Shown here: piece by piece, positions 37,912-48,596 of the stretch
Layout of the letters: every line of letters starts with the position of its first letter
Numbering within the stretch: the first letter of the stretch is position 1
Source: Nitrososphaerota archaeon
GTDB lineage: Archaea > Thermoproteota > Nitrososphaeria_A > Caldarchaeales > Calditenuaceae
Direction of reading: 5' to 3'
Length of the DNA stretch: 64,000 nucleotides
Assembly: GCA_033581555.1 (NCBI GenBank)
Contig: JAVQSZ010000005.1
Coordinates: 76,832 to 140,831 of the forward strand
Program-made: the position numbers and the translations under genes
Notes under the pieces: model-generated
The model's input: the letters and a program-made list of their open reading frames with translations, nothing else
The model's database searches: none
Told to the model about the DNA's origin: nothing

Positions 37912-38916
37912 TCAGACGAACCTGAGCGACTCGACGCCGACGCCCTCGTAGGACCCGAGCAACAGCTGATAGGCAGTCCCCCTCTCGGACCGGACCTCCT
38001 CGAGCTTCGCCCTCACCGAGATCCTGTCGCCGGGCCTCAGCACCCCAGCGAGCCTCGCGAGGTACGTGACCAGCCTCTCGATCCCGAATACCCTCTCCTC
38101 GACCCTGTAGACCGAGGGCGTGAAGAGCGACTCAGAGTCGTCCACGACCTCGACGACCGTCTCGACGATCCCCTTCGAGGTGTATTGGACCTCGCCGTAG
38201 GCGTACGGGGGCCTCTCCCTCACCCCGAAGACCGAGAACCTCGTCCCCGAGAAATCGCCCTTGTGGACAACCCTCGACGCCAGAAGCTCCGCCTGCTCCT
38301 TCGGTATTCTCAGCTGCGACCTCAGGTGTGAGACCCACTCGGGGCCGACTCCGGTCTTCAGCCTCTCGTCCTTAGACTCCGCTAGCGCGTCCAGAACCCT
38401 CCTCGTGTTGGACCCGCCGTGCACGACTAGGTCGACGTCTGAGCCCGAGTGCGCTATTCCGAGCAGGACCGAACCGGTCACGCCGAAGCCCTCCTCCGGG
38501 ACGCCGGAGGCCTCGGAGAGCCAACCGATCAGCTCGACCGCCCTCCGCTCGAGCGAGCTCTCCGGCAGCGAACTCCTCGACCTCAGCAGCTCGACCGCCT
38601 TCTCGCTGGTCCTATAAACCCTGGTCACCTCGGCGAGCGGCGGCGCGATCACCTCGCTCCCCACCGAGGGGTCGAGGTAGACGTAGTCCGGCCTGACGGA
38701 CCTCACGAACTCGATCGACCTCAGGAGCTCCCTCACCGAGTACTCAACCAGCACCCTCGAGTAGGTCCTGCCGTTCGCTGAGCGCCACGGCCCTGGCCCC
38801 GCGACGTACTTCAGGACCGCCCAGACCCTGTCCCTCGGGTGGACGTCGCCCAGCACCGAGAAGATCCAGCCTTCGGACGTGACGAAGTAGTCCTTGTCCC
38901 TGAGCGGCCGATCCAT
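37912..38916 (-). CDS. Archaeal nucleotidyltransferase-domain protein
   Basis: LRDKD, LKYV, GVTGSVLLG..SDVDLVVHG (GS-x-DxD), FTPSVY. Confidence 0.78.
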   Translation of the reverse strand: MDRPLRDKDYFVTSEGWIFSVLGDVHPRDRVWAVLKYVAGPGPWRSANGRTYSRVLVEYSVRELLRSIEFVRSVRPDYVYLDPSVGSEVIAPPLAEVTRVYRTSEKAVELLRSRSSLPESSLERRAVELIGWLSEASGVPEEGFGVTGSVLLGIAHSGSDVDLVVHGGSNTRRVLDALAESKDERLKTGVGPEWVSHLRSQLRIPKEQAELLASRVVHKGDFSGTRFSVFGVRERPPYAYGEVQYTSKGIVETVVEVVDDSESLFTPSVYRVEERVFGIERLVTYLARLAGVLRPGDRISVRAKLEEVRSERGTAYQLLLGSYEGVGVESLRFV

Positions 38917-38942
38917 CCTCGTTTCTCTCCAGCCTCAAGCAG

Positions 38943-40505
38943 CTATTTCCTGTTAGCCTGCAGCGCATACCTGTAGCCGTCGGAGATCGCCGCGAGGCTC
39001 GCCTCGATCACGTTCCTCGAGACTGAGGTCGTCCTCCACGCCGAGCCGTTCCCCGAGAACTCGACGATGACCCGCACCGGGGCCGCCGTGCCCTCGAAGC
39101 CGTCGACGACGCTGACCTTGTAGTCCGTCAGCCCGACCCCCTCGAGCTCGGGGAAGCAGGAGAGGAGCGCGCTCCTGATCGCGCCGTCCAGCGCGTGGAC
39201 CGGCCCGACCCCCTCGCTGGAGGCCCTGTGGACGCGGCCGTCGACCTCGATCGCGACCGACGACCTGGCCGAAGGTCCCTCTGGGCCCTCAACCTCTACG
39301 GACCACTCGACGACCCTGAACCCCTCCCTGAACAGGCCGGCGGCGCGAAGGAGGAGCAGCTCCACCGTCGCCTCCGCGCCCTCGAGGTGATAGCCCAGCG
39401 ACTCGAGCCGCTTCACCTCCTCGAGCACCGCAGTGACCTGCTCCTCAGCGAGCCTTATCCCGACCCTCGAGGCGACGTACCTCACCGTCGACCTCCCCGA
39501 GAGCTCCGAGACCGAGAAGCTCCTCTCGTTCCCGACCGCTGAGGGGTCCAGGTGCTCGTAGGCCCTGGTGACCTTCAGGACCGCGTCGACGTGCACGCCG
39601 GCCTTGTGGGCGAAGGCGTTCCTCCCGACGTAGGGGTGATTGTCCGCAATCCTGAGGTTCAGGAGGTCCGCGACCGACCTCGAGACCCGCGTCAGGCGCC
39701 TCAGGGCCTCAGTCCTTCCCTTGAGGACCGAGAGGCCCATCTTGTAGGCGACGTTCGGGAGCACCTGGCAGAGGTCCGCGTTCCCGCACCTCTCCCCGAC
39801 CCCCAGAAGTGTCCCTTGGACGTGCCTCGCGCCGCTCCTCACCGCGACGAGCGTGTTGGCGACCGCGCAGCCAGCGTCGTTGTGGGCGTGTATCCCGATG
39901 TGCGCGTCCGGGAGTCGTCCCCTCACCTCCTCGACCGCCCTCTCCACCTCCCAGGGCATCGAGCCGCCGTTGGTGTCGCAGAGGGTCAGCGTCCTCGCCC
40001 CTGCGTCTGCCGCGGCCCTCAACACCGACATCGCGTACTCCGGCGACTCCTTCCACCCGTCGAAGAAGTGCTCCGCGTCGAAGACCACTTCCGTCCCGTG
40101 GTCCCTCAGGTACTCAACGGTCTCGGAGACCATCTCGAGGTTCTCCTCCGGAGTGCACCTCAGGACCTCGGACACGTGGAGCGTCCAGGACTTCCCGAAG
40201 ACGACCGCGACCGGCACCTCGGACTCGACGACCTCGTTCAGCGAGGGGTCCTCATCAGCCCTGATCCCCTTCCTCCTCGTCGAGCAGAAAGCAGCGATCC
40301 TGCTGTTCTTCAGGGAGACGCCCCTCAGGGCCCTGAAGAGCCCGGCGTCCTTGGGGTTCGAGCCCGGCCACCCCGCCTCGATGACGTCGACGCCCAGCTC
40401 GTCCAGCCTCTCGATCACCCTGAGCTTCTCCTGCAGCGAGAAGGTTATCCCTCTGGTCTGCGCGCCGTCCCTAAGGGTGGTGTCCAGAGTCTCGACGTAA
40501 TCGAT
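38943..40505 (-). CDS. cimA: Citramalate synthase (bacterial-type CimA)
   Basis: LDTTLRDGAQT, IEAGWPGSNPKD, FDAEHFFDG, GERCGNADL, HKAGVH, GVGPVHALD, DYKV; conserved N-terminus lies upstream of track start 40418. Confidence 0.85.
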   Translation of the reverse strand: MDYVETLDTTLRDGAQTRGITFSLQEKLRVIERLDELGVDVIEAGWPGSNPKDAGLFRALRGVSLKNSRIAAFCSTRRKGIRADEDPSLNEVVESEVPVAVVFGKSWTLHVSEVLRCTPEENLEMVSETVEYLRDHGTEVVFDAEHFFDGWKESPEYAMSVLRAAADAGARTLTLCDTNGGSMPWEVERAVEEVRGRLPDAHIGIHAHNDAGCAVANTLVAVRSGARHVQGTLLGVGERCGNADLCQVLPNVAYKMGLSVLKGRTEALRRLTRVSRSVADLLNLRIADNHPYVGRNAFAHKAGVHVDAVLKVTRAYEHLDPSAVGNERSFSVSELSGRSTVRYVASRVGIRLAEEQVTAVLEEVKRLESLGYHLEGAEATVELLLLRAAGLFREGFRVVEWSVEVEGPEGPSARSSVAIEVDGRVHRASSEGVGPVHALDGAIRSALLSCFPELEGVGLTDYKVSVVDGFEGTAAPVRVIVEFSGNGSAWRTTSVSRNVIEASLAAISDGYRYALQANRK

Positions 40506-40612
40506 CCGACCACCCCGCGACCCGCGGCGGAGTGCGCCACGATATCAACGTATGCTCCGCGCCGACGCCCACAGATCGCAGAGCTTAGGTAAATTACCCC
40601 CGGGTCCGGCAA

Positions 40613-43345
40613 GTGGAGGGGTTGTCCGGGACCGAGGCGGAGTTCCACGCGCTCGAGGCGGAGGAGGTGGCTAGGCGGTTCAGGGTCGACCCTGCCAGGG
40701 GCCTGGACCAAAGGGAGGTCGAGGAGAGGCTGAGGAGGTTCGGCCCCAACGTGATCGTCGAGGCGAAGAAGCCGAGCCCGGTCCTGCTCTTCCTCAGGCA
40801 GTTCGCGAACCTGCTGATCCTGATCCTACTGGTCGCGACCACGATCACCGCCTTCCTCGGCGAGGTGATCGAGGCGGTCGTGATCGGCGTAATCGTCCTC
40901 TTCATCGGCGTCGTGGGGTTCGTCCAGGAGTACAGGGCCGAGAGGGCGCTCGAGAGGCTGAAGGAGCTGACCGCCCCGACCTGCAGGGTCCTGAGGGACG
41001 GCGAGGTGGTCACGGTTCCGGCGCATCAGGTCGTTCCCGGCGACGTCCTGGTCCTCGGCGAGGGAGACATCGTGGCCGCCGACGGGAGACTCGTCGAGTC
41101 TCACGGGCTCAAGGTCGACGAGTCCGCGCTCACGGGGGAGTCGGTCCCCGTCGAGAAGGTGACCAGGGCCCTCCCCAGGGACGTCCCGCTCGGCGACAGG
41201 GTCAACTCGGTCTACGCGGGGACGCTCGTCGTCTCAGGGCGGGGGAAGGCGGTCGTCACGGCGACCGGCAAGTCGACCGAGTTCGGGAAGGTGGCAGCGT
41301 ACACGCTCGCGGTCGAGGAGGAGCGGACGCCCCTCGAGGCCAGGATGAACGAGCTTGGGAGGAAGTTCGGGCTGCTGGCCCTCGTGATCATCGCGGTGCT
41401 CTTCGTCCTGGAGCTCGCCGAGTCGCTGCTCTTCGGCGGCTTCACCCTCGAGTTCCTGATAGAGGTCTTCCTCTTCAGCGTCGCCCTCGCGGTCGCCGCG
41501 GTCCCCGAGGCCCTCCCGGCCGTCGTCACCGCGTCCCTCGCGATCGGTGCGTGGACGCTCGCGAAGCACGGCGCGCTGGTGAAGAGGCTCGCGGCGGTCG
41601 AGAGCCTCGGGTCGACGCAGGTGATGTGCTTCGACAAGACCGGAACCCTCACGAAAGGCGAGCAGACAGTCAGGGCCGTCTACGTCGACGGAAGGCTCCT
41701 CTCCGTGACCGGGACTGGTTTCAACGTCGAGGGCTCGATCGAGGGCGCCGACCGGAACTCGAGGGCCTTCGGGGAGCTGATGAGGGCCTCGGTCCTCTGC
41801 AACGACGCGACCGTGACCAACGCCGACGGCAGGTGGAGGCACTCCGGCGACCCCACGGAGGTGGCCCTGCTCTTCATGGCCTTGAAGGCCGGCGTCGACG
41901 TCGAGTCGCTGAGGAGGGCTCACCCAAGGGTCTCTGAGAACCCGTTCACCAGCGAGCGGAAGATGATGTCCACGGTGAACCTCGTCGACGGCAGGAAGGT
42001 CGCGTTCGTCAAGGGAGCCCCCGAGGTCGTGATCGAGAGGTGCGTCGCGGCCCTCACCGGGAAAGGCGTCGTCCCGATGACACCCTTGATGAGGTCCGAG
42101 CTGATTGAGGTCAACGAGCGGCTCGCGTCGGAGGGGATGAGGGTCCTCGCGTTCGGGTACAGGGACGCGGAGGGCGTCAAGGGCGAGGAGGCCGAGAGGG
42201 ACCTCGTCTTCATAGGGATGGCAGGCATGATCGACCCGCCGAGACCCGAGGCGATCGAGGCGATAGGGGTGGCTAAGTCCGCGGGCGTGAAGCCCGTGAT
42301 GATAACCGGAGACCATAGGCTCACTGCGATCGCGGTCGCGAGGGAATGCGGCATCGATACCGAGCACGTCATGACCGGGAGGGAGTTGGACATGATGACG
42401 GCGGAGGAGCTCGCCGAACACATCGAGAAGGTGACCGTCTACGCGAGGACCTCCCCAGTCCAGAAGCTGAAGATCGTGGAGGGGTGGAAGCTGAAGGACG
42501 CGGTCGTGGCGATGACGGGAGACGGCGTCAACGACGCACCGGCGCTGAAGAGGGCCGATATCGGGGTCGCAATGGGGATAAGGGGTACTGCGGTCGCGAA
42601 GGAGTCCTCAGACCTGATCCTCACCGACGACAGCCTCGCCACGCTGGTGAAGGCGATCGAGCTCGGGAGGTGGATAATGGACAACATCAAGCGCTACCTC
42701 GCGTACCTCCTCCAGGCGAACCTCGTCGAGATCGTCGTCCTCTCGTTCACCACCCTCTTCCTCCTCAGGTACCTGGGGTACTCGGGAGAGGAGGCCCTCG
42801 CCCTGCTCCCGGTCCACATTCTCTACATCAACTTGGCCACCGACGGTCTTCCGGCCCTCGCGCTCGGGCTCAGTCCTCCCGACCCGGACCTGATGAGGAG
42901 ACCTCCGATGAAGAGGGGCGAGAGCGTCTTCACGAGGGAGGTCGTCGAGTTCCTGATCAGGGCGCTGATCGTTGAGCCTCCGGTCATGATACTAGCATTC
43001 TACTCGGCCCTCCCGAACGGAATCGACGCCGCGAGGACCAGGCTCTTCCTCCTCTTCGTCGCGATCGAGCTGGTGGTGGCCTTGAGCTGCAGGTCTCTGA
43101 GGCACCCGATAGTGAAGGTTAGGCCCCACAGGTGGCTGGTGCTCGCGGTCCTGTGGGAGGCGGTCCTGATCGGCCTACTGGTCTGGATCCCCTGGACGAG
43201 GGAGGCGCTGCACCTGACCGTGCCGACGCTGGAGGACCTGACCTGGATCCTGGCCGGAGGCGCGGTGACCTTCGCGTCAATAGAGCTGCTGAAGCTCGTG
43301 GTGATCTCGAGGCACTCGCAGGCCCAGCGGTTCAGAGCTTCCTGA
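40613..43345 (+). CDS. P2-type cation (Ca2+-like) transporting ATPase
   Basis: [39 protein letters not shown]. Confidence 0.95.
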   Translation: MEGLSGTEAEFHALEAEEVARRFRVDPARGLDQREVEERLRRFGPNVIVEAKKPSPVLLFLRQFANLLILILLVATTITAFLGEVIEAVVIGVIVLFIGVVGFVQEYRAERALERLKELTAPTCRVLRDGEVVTVPAHQVVPGDVLVLGEGDIVAADGRLVESHGLKVDESALTGESVPVEKVTRALPRDVPLGDRVNSVYAGTLVVSGRGKAVVTATGKSTEFGKVAAYTLAVEEERTPLEARMNELGRKFGLLALVIIAVLFVLELAESLLFGGFTLEFLIEVFLFSVALAVAAVPEALPAVVTASLAIGAWTLAKHGALVKRLAAVESLGSTQVMCFDKTGTLTKGEQTVRAVYVDGRLLSVTGTGFNVEGSIEGADRNSRAFGELMRASVLCNDATVTNADGRWRHSGDPTEVALLFMALKAGVDVESLRRAHPRVSENPFTSERKMMSTVNLVDGRKVAFVKGAPEVVIERCVAALTGKGVVPMTPLMRSELIEVNERLASEGMRVLAFGYRDAEGVKGEEAERDLVFIGMAGMIDPPRPEAIEAIGVAKSAGVKPVMITGDHRLTAIAVARECGIDTEHVMTGRELDMMTAEELAEHIEKVTVYARTSPVQKLKIVEGWKLKDAVVAMTGDGVNDAPALKRADIGVAMGIRGTAVAKESSDLILTDDSLATLVKAIELGRWIMDNIKRYLAYLLQANLVEIVVLSFTTLFLLRYLGYSGEEALALLPVHILYINLATDGLPALALGLSPPDPDLMRRPPMKRGESVFTREVVEFLIRALIVEPPVMILAFYSALPNGIDAARTRLFLLFVAIELVVALSCRSLRHPIVKVRPHRWLVLAVLWEAVLIGLLVWIPWTREALHLTVPTLEDLTWILAGGAVTFASIELLKLVVISRHSQAQRFRAS

Positions 43346-44018
43346 CGTCGCCTCTCCCCGAGGTCAGCCTCATGACCCTGTCGGTGACCTCGCCGAGCAT
43401 CCCACCAGGCAGCTCGACCTGACAGACCCAGGAGCCGTCCCCCTTCCACTCCTCCTTCACTATCCTCCCAACGCCGCGCAGGTATCCGCTGACCCTAGGC
43501 TGCGCGTCGCCCGGCGACCTGACCTCGACCGTTATCTGGACGATCTTGATCGGGAGGACGGTCCTCAGCCTCTCCATCACCTTCCCGACCTGCTCCGAGG
43601 CCTCCGCGAACGGATCGATCTGGACGCCTACCTCCTTCATCGCGAGCTCGATCCTCTGGGGCGGTATCGGCGCGTTGGTCCTGGGGTCGATCGCGTTCCT
43701 CGCGATCAGGTCGATCACCTTCCTCCGCTTCTCCTCGATCAGGGCCCTCCTCTGCTCCGCGGTGAGCTGGACCTCGCCCTCCCTCACGATCGTCAGGGCG
43801 ATCTGGTAGGGGTCGGTGGTCCCGAAGGCCTTCCTCAGCTCCTCCTCCTTCGCCCTGATCCCCTTCTTCGCGTCCCTGTAGACCTCTGGGTAGACGAGGA
43901 CCTTCTGAGATGGCTGGGCCTGACCGAGCCTGATCTTCAGGGCCAAGTCCGGGTCCACGAGCACCTCGAAGGTCTCGCCCCGCTTCGTCATCCTAGCGAT
44001 CGTGTAGTTCTGCGGCAA
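43332..44018 (-). CDS. Ribosome maturation protein SBDS/SDO1
   Basis: [34 protein letters not shown]. Confidence 0.95.
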   Translation of the reverse strand: MPQNYTIARMTKRGETFEVLVDPDLALKIRLGQAQPSQKVLVYPEVYRDAKKGIRAKEEELRKAFGTTDPYQIALTIVREGEVQLTAEQRRALIEEKRRKVIDLIARNAIDPRTNAPIPPQRIELAMKEVGVQIDPFAEASEQVGKVMERLRTVLPIKIVQITVEVRSPGDAQPRVSGYLRGVGRIVKEEWKGDGSWVCQVELPGGMLGEVTDRVMRLTSGRGDVRKL

Positions 44019-44062
44019 CTCCCTCGCACCTCACGGGACTTCCTCTCGGGAGGCTTTAGCAG

Positions 44063-45130
44063 TTAGCCCGTCGGTTTCGAAGCTCCGGAGCGGCGCTTCC
44101 CGTCACTATTGCCTCGCCCGTGCCTCGCAGCGACCGCGAACCACAGGCCCCCGCCAGCGTGGACGAACCTCGCCCTCCCGAAGCCCGAACGCGAGAGGAG
44201 CGACGAGAGCTCCCTCCTCGAGAGCATCGACCCTCCCTGCAGAGCGTAGTCGAGCGCGATGAACCTAAGGAGCGCGTCCTGCCTCGAGTCGCCCGTCCTT
44301 TCGGAGAGCCCCTCCGCCACGACCAGGAGCCCGCCGCGCCTCAGCGCCCTTCGGGCCGACCTCAGGACCCCGAGCCTGTCGGAGGCGACGCAGAGGACCT
44401 CGCCGAGGTAGACCAGGTCGAACTCCTCCCCGAATTCCAGCGACTCGCTGGTGCCCTCGACGAACGTCAAGCGGTCCGAGAGTCCAGCTTCCTCTGCCCT
44501 CCTCCTCGCGACCGAGATCGCGGCGCCGTCAGGGTCCACGCCGACCGCGGAGGCCGCTGAATACCTCAGGCAGAGCTCGACCGCCCACCCGCCGGTCCCG
44601 CAGCCGATGTCGAGGGCCCTCGCGCCCCTCTCGAGGACCGACCGCAGCCCCCTCACCCTCGGGACGACGAGCTCGAAGAAGGCCAAGTGGTCCCACCTCG
44701 TCGCCTCCGCGTACGCCTCTGTCAGGTGCCTCGCCCCATCGCTGTCGGCGCTCCCGCGGCCGAAGAGGGCGTCGAAGAGGTGGTAATCGAGGCTCCTCAG
44801 CGCCAGGTAGGAGAGCAACCCGCCGACGTAGCGGTGATCCCGATCGTCCAGGATGAGCGCCCTCGCGTCGCCCTTCAGCGCGTACCTCCCTCGCCTTCCC
44901 TTCAGCAGGCCCAGCTCGGCGGCCGCCTCGCACCAGAGCCCTACAGCCTTCCTGTCCAGACCCGTCAGCCTCGCGATCTCGCCGGGCCCCGCCCCCCTCC
45001 CCAGCCCGTCGAGCGCCCTCAGCAGCCCGTACCTCCTCCCCAAGTGAGCGACCCAGACCGACGCGAAGCCGGCCGCGCTCTCCCACGGGTCGAACAACTC
45101 TGGACCACCCACGGCCCCAGAGGGAGGCAT
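44063..45130 (-). CDS. Class I SAM-dependent methyltransferase with N-terminal winged helix
   Basis: ALDIGCGTG, GVD, FDLV, LRRGG. Confidence 0.85.
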   Translation of the reverse strand: MPPSGAVGGPELFDPWESAAGFASVWVAHLGRRYGLLRALDGLGRGAGPGEIARLTGLDRKAVGLWCEAAAELGLLKGRRGRYALKGDARALILDDRDHRYVGGLLSYLALRSLDYHLFDALFGRGSADSDGARHLTEAYAEATRWDHLAFFELVVPRVRGLRSVLERGARALDIGCGTGGWAVELCLRYSAASAVGVDPDGAAISVARRRAEEAGLSDRLTFVEGTSESLEFGEEFDLVYLGEVLCVASDRLGVLRSARRALRRGGLLVVAEGLSERTGDSRQDALLRFIALDYALQGGSMLSRRELSSLLSRSGFGRARFVHAGGGLWFAVAARHGRGNSDGKRRSGASKPTG

Positions 45131-45207
45131 GAGATTAACCGCTGATCAGGTCCCCACGCGGTCGACGTGTCTCGTTTACTAGGCGGCACCGATGGTCTCC
45201 GCGGGGA

Positions 45208-47001
45208 ATGAGCGGGTTCCTGAAGATGAGGGTCGCGGTCCTGGAGCTGGAGAGGTGCCAGCCCGACAAGTGCGGGACGCCCTGCATCACCTTCTGTCCT
45301 CCCGTGAGGAACGGCATCGAGGCGATCAGGCTGGCCTCCAATGGCTTCCCCGAGGTCAACGAGGAGCTCTGCATAGGGTGCGGGATCTGCGTCGCGAAGT
45401 GCCCGTTCGAGGTCATCACGATCGTGAACCTCCCCACCGAGCTCGGGGAGGACCTCGTCCACCAGTACGGCGTGAACGCCTTCAGGCTCTATAGGCTCCC
45501 CCACGTCGAGCAGGGGAAGGTCGTCGGGGTCCTCGGGAGGAACGGCATCGGGAAGTCGACGGCCTTTAGGGTCCTCTCGGGTCAACTGGTCCCGAACCTC
45601 GGAAGGCTTGAAGGGAGGGCGAGGTGGGAGGACGTCCAGCTGAAGTTCAGGGGGACGGTCCTCCAGGACTACTTCAGGAGGGTCGCGTCCGGTCAGGTCA
45701 GGGTCGTCTTGAAGCCCCAGCAGATCGAGCAGATCTCCAGGGCAGTCAAGGGCACGGTGAGGGAGCTCCTGAGGAGGGCCGCGGGAGGGGAGGGGTACGA
45801 GGGGGTGACGAGGGAGCTCGAGCTGGACCGGATCCTCGACAGGGACGTCTCCGTACTCAGCGGCGGAGAGCTGCAGAGGCTCGCGATAGCCGCGGCGATC
45901 CTGAAGGGCGGCGACGTGCTGCTCTTCGACGAGCCGACGAGCTTCCTCGACATCAGGCAGAGGTTCAGGGTGGCGTGGGTCATCAGGGAGCTGGCCGCGA
46001 AGGGGAGGGGCGTGCTGGTCGCGGACCACGACCTCGCCTTCATGGACTACGTCTCGGACGTAGTCTTCGTCCTCTACGGCGACCCCTCGGTCTACGGGGT
46101 GGTCTCGGGGCCCTACGGCTCGAGGGAGGGGATCAACGACTACCTCGAGGGTTACCTGCCGCTCGACAACGTGAGGTTCAGGAGCTACAGGATCGCGTTC
46201 CAGGTCAAGGGCCCCGAGGAGCAGCGCGAGGAGTCCGGATGGGGCCTCTACTGGCCCGAGATGACCAAGACCTTCGAGGGCTTTAGGCTCAAAGTCCCCG
46301 AGGGCGGAATCGGAAGGGGCGAGGTCCTCGCTGTGGTGGGGCCCAACGGCACCGGGAAGACGACCTTCGTGAAGCTGCTGGCCGGCCAGCTCGAGGACGA
46401 CAGCGGCCTAAGGCTCGAGTACGCCTCCGTCAGCTACAAGCCCCAGCACCCGGTCCCGAGGCCCGAGACGGTCGAGGAGGTCCTCAAGGCCGCAGCGGGT
46501 GATAGGTTCGAGGGCGAGTTCGTCCAGTCGGAGCTGATCAGGCCACTGAGGATAGACAAGTTGGCGGAGAGGAGGCTCGACGAGCTGAGCGGCGGCGAGC
46601 TCCAGAAGGTCTCGATAGTCGAGGCGCTCTCGAGGGACGCGAAGATCTACCTGCTCGACGAGCCGAGCGCCTTCCTCGACGTCGAGGAGAGGTACAACGT
46701 CGCGAAGACCATCAGGAGGATCGCCGCCGACCTCGGCGCCCACGTCGTCTTGGTCGAGCACGACCTGATGATCGTCGACTTCGCCGCGACCAAGGTGATG
46801 GTCTTCACCGGCGAGCCCGGCGTGAGGGGGGAGGCCCTGCCGCCCTCGGACCTGAGGACTGGCTTCAACGCGCTGCTCAAGGAGCTCGGCGTGACGTTCA
46901 GGAGGGACCACGAGACCAAGCGGCCGCGGGTCAACAAGCCTGGATCGAGGCTCGACAGGCACCAGAAGGAGGTCGGCGAGTACTACTACCTCTCGGCCTA
47001 G
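45208..47001 (+). CDS. rli: Ribosome recycling ATPase ABCE1 (RLI)
   Basis: CQPDKC..C...CP and CIGCGICVAKCP Fe-S domain; two ABC cassettes (GRNGIGKS, GPNGTGKT, LSGGELQ). Confidence 0.97.
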   Translation: MSGFLKMRVAVLELERCQPDKCGTPCITFCPPVRNGIEAIRLASNGFPEVNEELCIGCGICVAKCPFEVITIVNLPTELGEDLVHQYGVNAFRLYRLPHVEQGKVVGVLGRNGIGKSTAFRVLSGQLVPNLGRLEGRARWEDVQLKFRGTVLQDYFRRVASGQVRVVLKPQQIEQISRAVKGTVRELLRRAAGGEGYEGVTRELELDRILDRDVSVLSGGELQRLAIAAAILKGGDVLLFDEPTSFLDIRQRFRVAWVIRELAAKGRGVLVADHDLAFMDYVSDVVFVLYGDPSVYGVVSGPYGSREGINDYLEGYLPLDNVRFRSYRIAFQVKGPEEQREESGWGLYWPEMTKTFEGFRLKVPEGGIGRGEVLAVVGPNGTGKTTFVKLLAGQLEDDSGLRLEYASVSYKPQHPVPRPETVEEVLKAAAGDRFEGEFVQSELIRPLRIDKLAERRLDELSGGELQKVSIVEALSRDAKIYLLDEPSAFLDVEERYNVAKTIRRIAADLGAHVVLVEHDLMIVDFAATKVMVFTGEPGVRGEALPPSDLRTGFNALLKELGVTFRRDHETKRPRVNKPGSRLDRHQKEVGEYYYLSA

Positions 47002-48332
47002 GGCCCGACTCCCTGCAAGGTATCTCGCCCCTCGCGGTCTCGGCCCCTCCTCCCCGGCCCGCTCGTCCTGCCGGACCTCGCCCTCTTGGACGGACCGCTC
47101 TGGGAGTCGGCGACGATCACGTACCTCCTCGGGTAGGGGATCTCGATCCCGTTAGCCCTGAACTCTTTGTGGATCTGGTAGAGGAGCTCCCTCGCCAGCT
47201 GGAAGCCCGTTGTTTGGTCCTTCGCCCTCACCAGCAGCCTCAGCCTTATCCCCGACTCTCCCAGCTCCATCACCTGGACCTGCGGGAGCCCTGGCGCCGG
47301 CAGGAAGAGCGGGTGCCGCTCCGCGAGCTCCCTCATGATGCTCATAGCCTTGTCGAGGTCGCTCTCGTAGCTCACGTCGACGAAGACCGGGACCAGCATC
47401 GTCGGGTCTATGGCAGAGTAGTTCACGATTACCTCCGACTGGAAGACCGAGTTCGGGACCACGAACCTCCTGTTGTCCCAGGTCCTGAGGATAGTGTGGA
47501 ACAGCTTGATGTCCTCCACGAAGCAGAAGTCGTTCCTAAACATCAGCGCCTCGCCTATCCTGAACGGGTGCGAGAGCGAGATCATCAGCCCCGAGATCAG
47601 GTTCGAGAGCGTCGACTGGGCCGCGAGGCCTATCACGATCGAGAGGAACCCGGCCGCGATCAGGGATGACGTCGCGATCCCGAGGAGCTCCGGGAACGTC
47701 ACCAGCAGCGCCGCCAGCGCCCCGAGGAGTCCGACGAAGATGACTAGTACTCTCCGGATGAAGGTGAACGCGGTCATCGAGCTCTGATCGGTCGCGACCC
47801 TCTCGTAGAGAGCGCGGGTCAACAGGAGGTCGAGGACGGCCGCGGCGACGTAGGCGACCAGCAGACCAGTGAAGAGGTTCAGCACTCTCCACCAGAACTC
47901 GGAGATCTGTGGTGCGATGTGGGAGCGGAGGACGATCTGCGTCGCCGCTATCACGCTCAGCAGCAGCACTCCCGCGTTCAGGACCCTCCCTATGCCTCTC
48001 TCAGCGACCTTCTCGACCGTGAGGTCAGAGACCTGACTGATCAGCGCCCTCACCGCCAGCGCCAGCGCGACGATCCCCGCGACGAATCTGGGGTTGTTCG
48101 GGTCCAAGTACGGCGAGAGGTCCGCAGGGAAGACCTGGACCAGCTCCGCGAACGCCAGCGCTACCAGGTTGCCGACGACCAGGGCTAGCAGCGCGGCCCT
48201 TAGCCTCAGCAGGAACCTCCTCACGCCCGCGATCCCCTGCAGCCTCTGGGCCATCCTCCCCATCAGGTACCAGGCTCCGACCGCGAAGGCGACGGTCACC
48301 GCTGTCTCCAGGATCAGCCCCAGAGGGACCAC
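46998..48332 (-). CDS. mscS: Small-conductance mechanosensitive channel
   Basis: IGLAAQSTLSNLISG, PFRIGE, VPNS, GIEIPYP. Confidence 0.9.
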   Translation of the reverse strand: MVPLGLILETAVTVAFAVGAWYLMGRMAQRLQGIAGVRRFLLRLRAALLALVVGNLVALAFAELVQVFPADLSPYLDPNNPRFVAGIVALALAVRALISQVSDLTVEKVAERGIGRVLNAGVLLLSVIAATQIVLRSHIAPQISEFWWRVLNLFTGLLVAYVAAAVLDLLLTRALYERVATDQSSMTAFTFIRRVLVIFVGLLGALAALLVTFPELLGIATSSLIAAGFLSIVIGLAAQSTLSNLISGLMISLSHPFRIGEALMFRNDFCFVEDIKLFHTILRTWDNRRFVVPNSVFQSEVIVNYSAIDPTMLVPVFVDVSYESDLDKAMSIMRELAERHPLFLPAPGLPQVQVMELGESGIRLRLLVRAKDQTTGFQLARELLYQIHKEFRANGIEIPYPRRYVIVADSQSGPSKRARSGRTSGPGRRGRDREGRDTLQGVGP

Positions 48333-48377
48333 GCCCGCGGCCTCTGAGCCCGACGCTATTTACCGAGCGCGTCACGG

Positions 48378-48493
48378 TGCGGGGGGTGGGATTCGAACCC
48401 ACGAACCCCTTCCGTCTGGCCGAGCCTACGGGGAGCGGCTGCCCCATCGCCGGATCTTGAGGCCGCCGCCGTTGACCGCTTGGCTACCCCCGC
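48378..48493 (-). tRNA. tRNA-Leu(CAA) with two introns (48441-48455 at 37/38; 48410-48425 in variable arm)
   Basis: Minus strand GCGGGGGTAGCCAAG...GCGGC-CT-CAA-G[intron]A-GCCGC...GTTCGAATCCCACCCCCCGCA; both inserts form bulge-helix-bulge motifs; exons align to intronless tRNA-Leu at 59132. Confidence 0.92.
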
Positions 48494-48596
48494 CATCCCC
48501 GTGAACCGCTCCGTTAGGGATAAACGTCTCGCCGGGTCGGAGGCCTCGCTCGCCTCGCGAATGGGTTTTAGGCGACGCTGCCAGATCGTCGCAGGG

